Positions 60,693 to 64,000 of a DNA stretch of 64,000 bases are shown here, in pieces. Each line of letters starts with the position of its first letter. The first letter of the stretch is position 1. The notes below the pieces were generated by a model. It saw only the letters and a program-made list of their open reading frames with translations. It was not told the origin of the DNA and did not search any database. This DNA comes from Azolla caroliniana (Eukaryota; Plantae; Polypodiophyta), in the NCBI GenBank assembly GCA_043228905.1, contig JBHGNT010000020.1, positions 15,438,001 through 15,502,000 of the forward strand, written 5' to 3'. A program made the position numbers and the translations under genes.

Positions 60693-62275
60693 TTCAGTAC
60701 CGCGAAGAGAGCTTTGGAATAGGATGGTGGAAATTGGCATGCCATTAGAGTATCATGTCTATTGAACGATTATATGAGCAAGTTAGATGTCAACTAAAAT
60801 CTGAGAATGATTTCTCAAAACACTTTTTAAGCAACACGGGGTTTAAGCAAGGGTGTCCATTATCACCTACACTCTTTCGTTTATGCATTGAAAATTTGGA
60901 AGAAGTGGTTAATCGGGTTTCAAGAGAAGAAGGATTAGACGCCCCAAAACTAATGCAACAAGTTATCTTATTGCTTTTATATGTGGATGATGTGGCTATC
61001 TTTTCATATTATGTTGATGGTATGCAATGTTTACTTGGAGCATTAGAAACATTTTGCCAAGGAGTGGACTAACCATAAATGTGGATAAAACAAAAATGAT
61101 GGTAGTGTGAACCATCCAACCTCACAAATACCGTATGCTTACAAAGCTTTAAGTATTTTGGTATTGATGTACTTGCCACAAATAAATGGAGTGTATGCTT
61201 TGAGTTTAGACTTCAAGTTGGTTGGAAAAGTTTTTATATGCTGGAAAATAAATACAACTAAAGTGATACTCATGGATGGGAAGTGAAACTAATGTTATTT
61301 AATGTCATGGTAACACAAGTTTTGCTTTATGGAGTAGAAGTGTGGGGACACACTATCTCTCATAATGCATGGAATGAGATTGAGTAGATTCAAAATATAT
61401 TTTTGTGGAGACAATTGGAAGTAAAATCCATCACCTCCTATCAAGTTATGCTCTTGGAAACAAGTGTTCAACCTAAAGAGATATTGGCGCTACAGAGAGA
61501 TATAGATACATTAAAAAAGTCAAGAATATGGTAAATCATAGAGTACCACATATTGCTTGGAAATTGGATGTAAACTACAAAAGAATCACAAGAGTAAAAT
61601 TCTCTCATCTGGTTAGGTAGTTGACATAAAAAATGGTTCAAAAGATGGGATGTGGAAGATCTCCTAGAGCTTTCAAGTGTTGCTATGAAATATGCAGTTA
61701 TTGAGGAAAGATTAATGCACCCACTAAGGAAGAAGGGGAAAGATGCCAAAAGGACAAATTTAGAATATAACATTGTTGTAAACATCAAACCTGAATGTTG
61801 GATTCTATATAAGGCAAGAAGGCCTATTGATCGTATTCAACCTTACCTCATTACTAATATGAGTATTAACTCTTGTAGAGCCCTATAGATTCCTTCATAC
61901 TCAGTCACACAACCTAGGTATTGAAGTTACATTATGGAATCAAAATCAGCCAAATATAAAGACATGTAAGGTATGCAAGGAAGGGCTAGTAGAGGATGAA
62001 TATCACTTGCTTTTTACATGCTCTGCATATAGTGCAATTCGTGAAAGCTATGATGATATATTAAGAGAGGGTGATGACTTGAGTATCATACTAAAGAGAA
62101 CACCTAGAAGGTTGTGCTCATATGTGTATGCCTTATTTGCACACCAAGACTTGGTGCTTCAAAGTATGAATATCCCTTCTTAGGAAGGAGACACATCAAG
62201 ATAACTTTTGTACTTAGGTCATATGGGTCAATATTGGCCTCTCTATGGATGATAAAAAAATATCTATCTATCTAC
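60693..62275 (+). mobile_element. 5'-truncated RTE-like LINE (RT domain to 3' tail), degenerate
   Basis: SVPRRELW, GFKQGCPLSPTLF, LLLYVDDV, NVDKTK.M, LLYGVEVWG and CKVCKEGLVEDEYHLLFTC. The 3' end is ATGGGTCAATATTGGCCTCTCTATGG followed by (TATC)n. Confidence 0.85.
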
Positions 62276-62389
62276 CTTCTCGGAAATTGTTCTCATACTT
62301 TCCTGATGTTCCTCTTGTCCTTCACCTAAGGTTGTCTTAGTGTTTTTGGCCACACTATTTATGATGAAAACCTAATTAATCTTGCTTAC

Positions 62390-62681
62390 AATGAAACTAA
62401 TTGGGTTGTTGATAATGAGACATCTTAATTACATTTCACATCTAGATAGGATCTTTTTTCACAATATACTTTCATTGATTTCGGAGGTTGTGAAAATGGG
62501 AAATCCATGAACTATCAAAGTGGTAGACACAAGAACTATTTGTTTGGAGACCAACACAAGATCGAAGTTGATTCTCAAGGAAGTGTACTTGATATTTGAT
62601 TGCATCTTATCTCCACTAGCATGCTAGATGATGATGACTACTGCAATATCTTTTTATGGAAGATAGTGGAAGCTTGTTAAG
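62390..62681 (+). mobile_element. Tnt1-like Copia protease remnant, interrupted by the following LTR
   Basis: WVVDNETS..HFT...DLF..Y..DFG.VKMGN...ICLETN...LILKEV...LIS...LDDDDY...WKL parallels the Tnt1 protease region. Confidence 0.7.
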
Positions 62682-63352
62682 CGTTGGGATAACAACACAA
62701 CCAGTCACGAATAAGAACGCATCAAGAAGGATGTAGTATGAAGAGGAAATGGCAAGAGGAAAGGAAAGCAAAGAGACGGCCAAATGTGAAAGGCCCATAC
62801 CCTAAACGTGAAAGCTATATAAACCACATAGTAGTGACTTTGTGGTGGTTCTCCCATTTGTAAAGATCTCCTATTGATTAGAGCTAGAGCTTCCTCTCCT
62901 CTTTCTTGTAACCTTTGAGCTTAAGAGAGATTAGTGAAGTGTTGAGTTAGAGAACACTAATCTCTCTCCTTGTTGGTGCTAGACCTCTTAGCAAAGAGGG
63001 TTAATAATAGACATACTCTTGCTTCTTATTGTCTATACCTATTGATCTATTGTCTATGAGAGAGAGCTTGAGAGAGTGAGAGAGATATCATGCTTAATCA
63101 TTTACTAATCGTTGAGTGAGTGTGAGGCTCGGAGGTATCCAACAACCATCTCCGCCCGATTCGCCATCAAGAGGGTATACGCCGGTCTGAATCCCGCTAC
63201 GACATCGAGGAGCTTACTCCATCAATACATAGATCCTTAACATCTATTTGGCGCCGCTGCCGGGGATACGACCGACGCTTGAAGCCCATTTTCGAGTAGT
63301 CAAAAACTCGGAGGCAAACCACTCAACGAAGGAAGAAATCACAAGAGAACCA

Positions 63353-63597
63353 CCATTTTCTATTTTTTATCATTTCATAGTTTAATTAAGTTCCATTTTC
63401 CGTTTTTTTTATCATTCCATAGTTTAATTAAGTTCTATTTTCTGTTTTTTCATCATTTCATAGTTTAACTAAGTTCCATTTTCTGTTTTTTCATCATTTC
63501 ATAGTTTAACTAAGTTCCATTTTCTGTTTTTTCATCATTTCATAGTTTAATTAAGTTCCATTTTCTATTTTTTTTTCATTTCATAGTTTAATTAAGT
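63353..63597. repeat. ~41-bp tandem array, 6 copies, in the retroelement 5' UTR
   Basis: CCATTTTCTGTTTTTTCATCATTTCATAGTTTAA(T/C)TAAGTT starts at 63353, 63393, 63435, 63476, 63517 and 63558. Confidence 0.93.
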
Positions 63598-63767
63598 CGA
63601 TTTTTTGTTCATTCGCTCGGTTAACATTAAACATTGTGGAGATTAGGCCGTTACGGGGCAAGCATAATCACTGCAAGTCTCGCGGCTTACGATCACTCCA
63701 CGGGTCACGAAGAGACCGTTGGCGCCAAAAAGTTTGAATTTCCCACGCAAAGTTCGTCGAAAGAACA

Positions 63768-63845
63768 TCCTTCGACGAAAATTCAACGAAGATTCATCCT
63801 TCGACGAAGATCCACCCTTCGACGAAGATTCATCCTTCGACGAAC
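63768..63845. repeat. 18-bp minisatellite (CCTTCGACGAAGAT..., reads FDEDSS/FDEDPP)
   Basis: About four imperfect copies of CCTTCGACGAA visible. Confidence 0.8.
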
Positions 63846-64000
63846 CTATAAAAAAGCTTGACCAGAAAACATGGCCGGATCCTCATGGACAAAAATGTTC
63901 AAAACCCGACCCGCACGCCTAGAGGAGTCCACGCAAACCGACCAAACCCACGATGTTGGCCCACCTAACCCGACTCAGTACCACGGAGGGTGGCTAACTC

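Larger units (their letters stand above)
62680..64000 (+). mobile_element. 5' end of an Athila-like Ty3/gypsy element (LTR, tRNA-Asp PBS, 5' UTR); continues beyond the window
   Basis: LTR at ~62680-63242 with CTATATAAA at ~62815 and terminal AACA. PBS TGGCGCCGCTGCCGGGGAT at 63249-63267 is one mismatch from the tRNA-Asp complement typical of Athila. Confidence 0.78.

Overview
Eukaryotic land-plant nuclear DNA with spliceosomal GT-AG introns, microsatellites and nested LTR retrotransposons. It is most likely a fern, inferred from two long PLS-class PPR genes and a decayed DYW:KP-type editing factor. Host genes: the 3' end of a GT31 beta-1,3-galactosyltransferase, two head-to-head PLS-PPR genes lacking DYW, a 4-exon strictosidine-synthase-like (SSL) gene, an intronless Pif1 helicase, a PPR-DYW pseudogene and an sn-2 GPAT. 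About half of the window is transposon-derived. This includes a full-length tRNA-Trp-primed Ty3/gypsy element (22455-29470), a deleted relative of it (57428-59824), a Copia nested in a Copia (29595-41005), an Athila-like LTR at the right edge, L1 and RTE LINE fragments and hAT pieces. The most interesting observations are: (1) both Trp-primed gypsy elements sit in the same 4-bp palindromic target ACGT, suggesting a sequence-specific plant LTR integrase; (2) that element has a G-GAU-UUU slippery site plus hairpin between gag-protease and RT, suggesting a -1 frameshift; (3) the Pif1 has an N-terminal helix matching the RPA32C-binding motif of SMARCAL1/TIPIN/UNG2; (4) two Copia elements with different LTRs both enclose the PPT in an 11-bp hairpin; (5) the editing-factor relic looks like the U-to-C (KP) type. 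All alignments and mismatch counts were done by eye, and no database searches were run.
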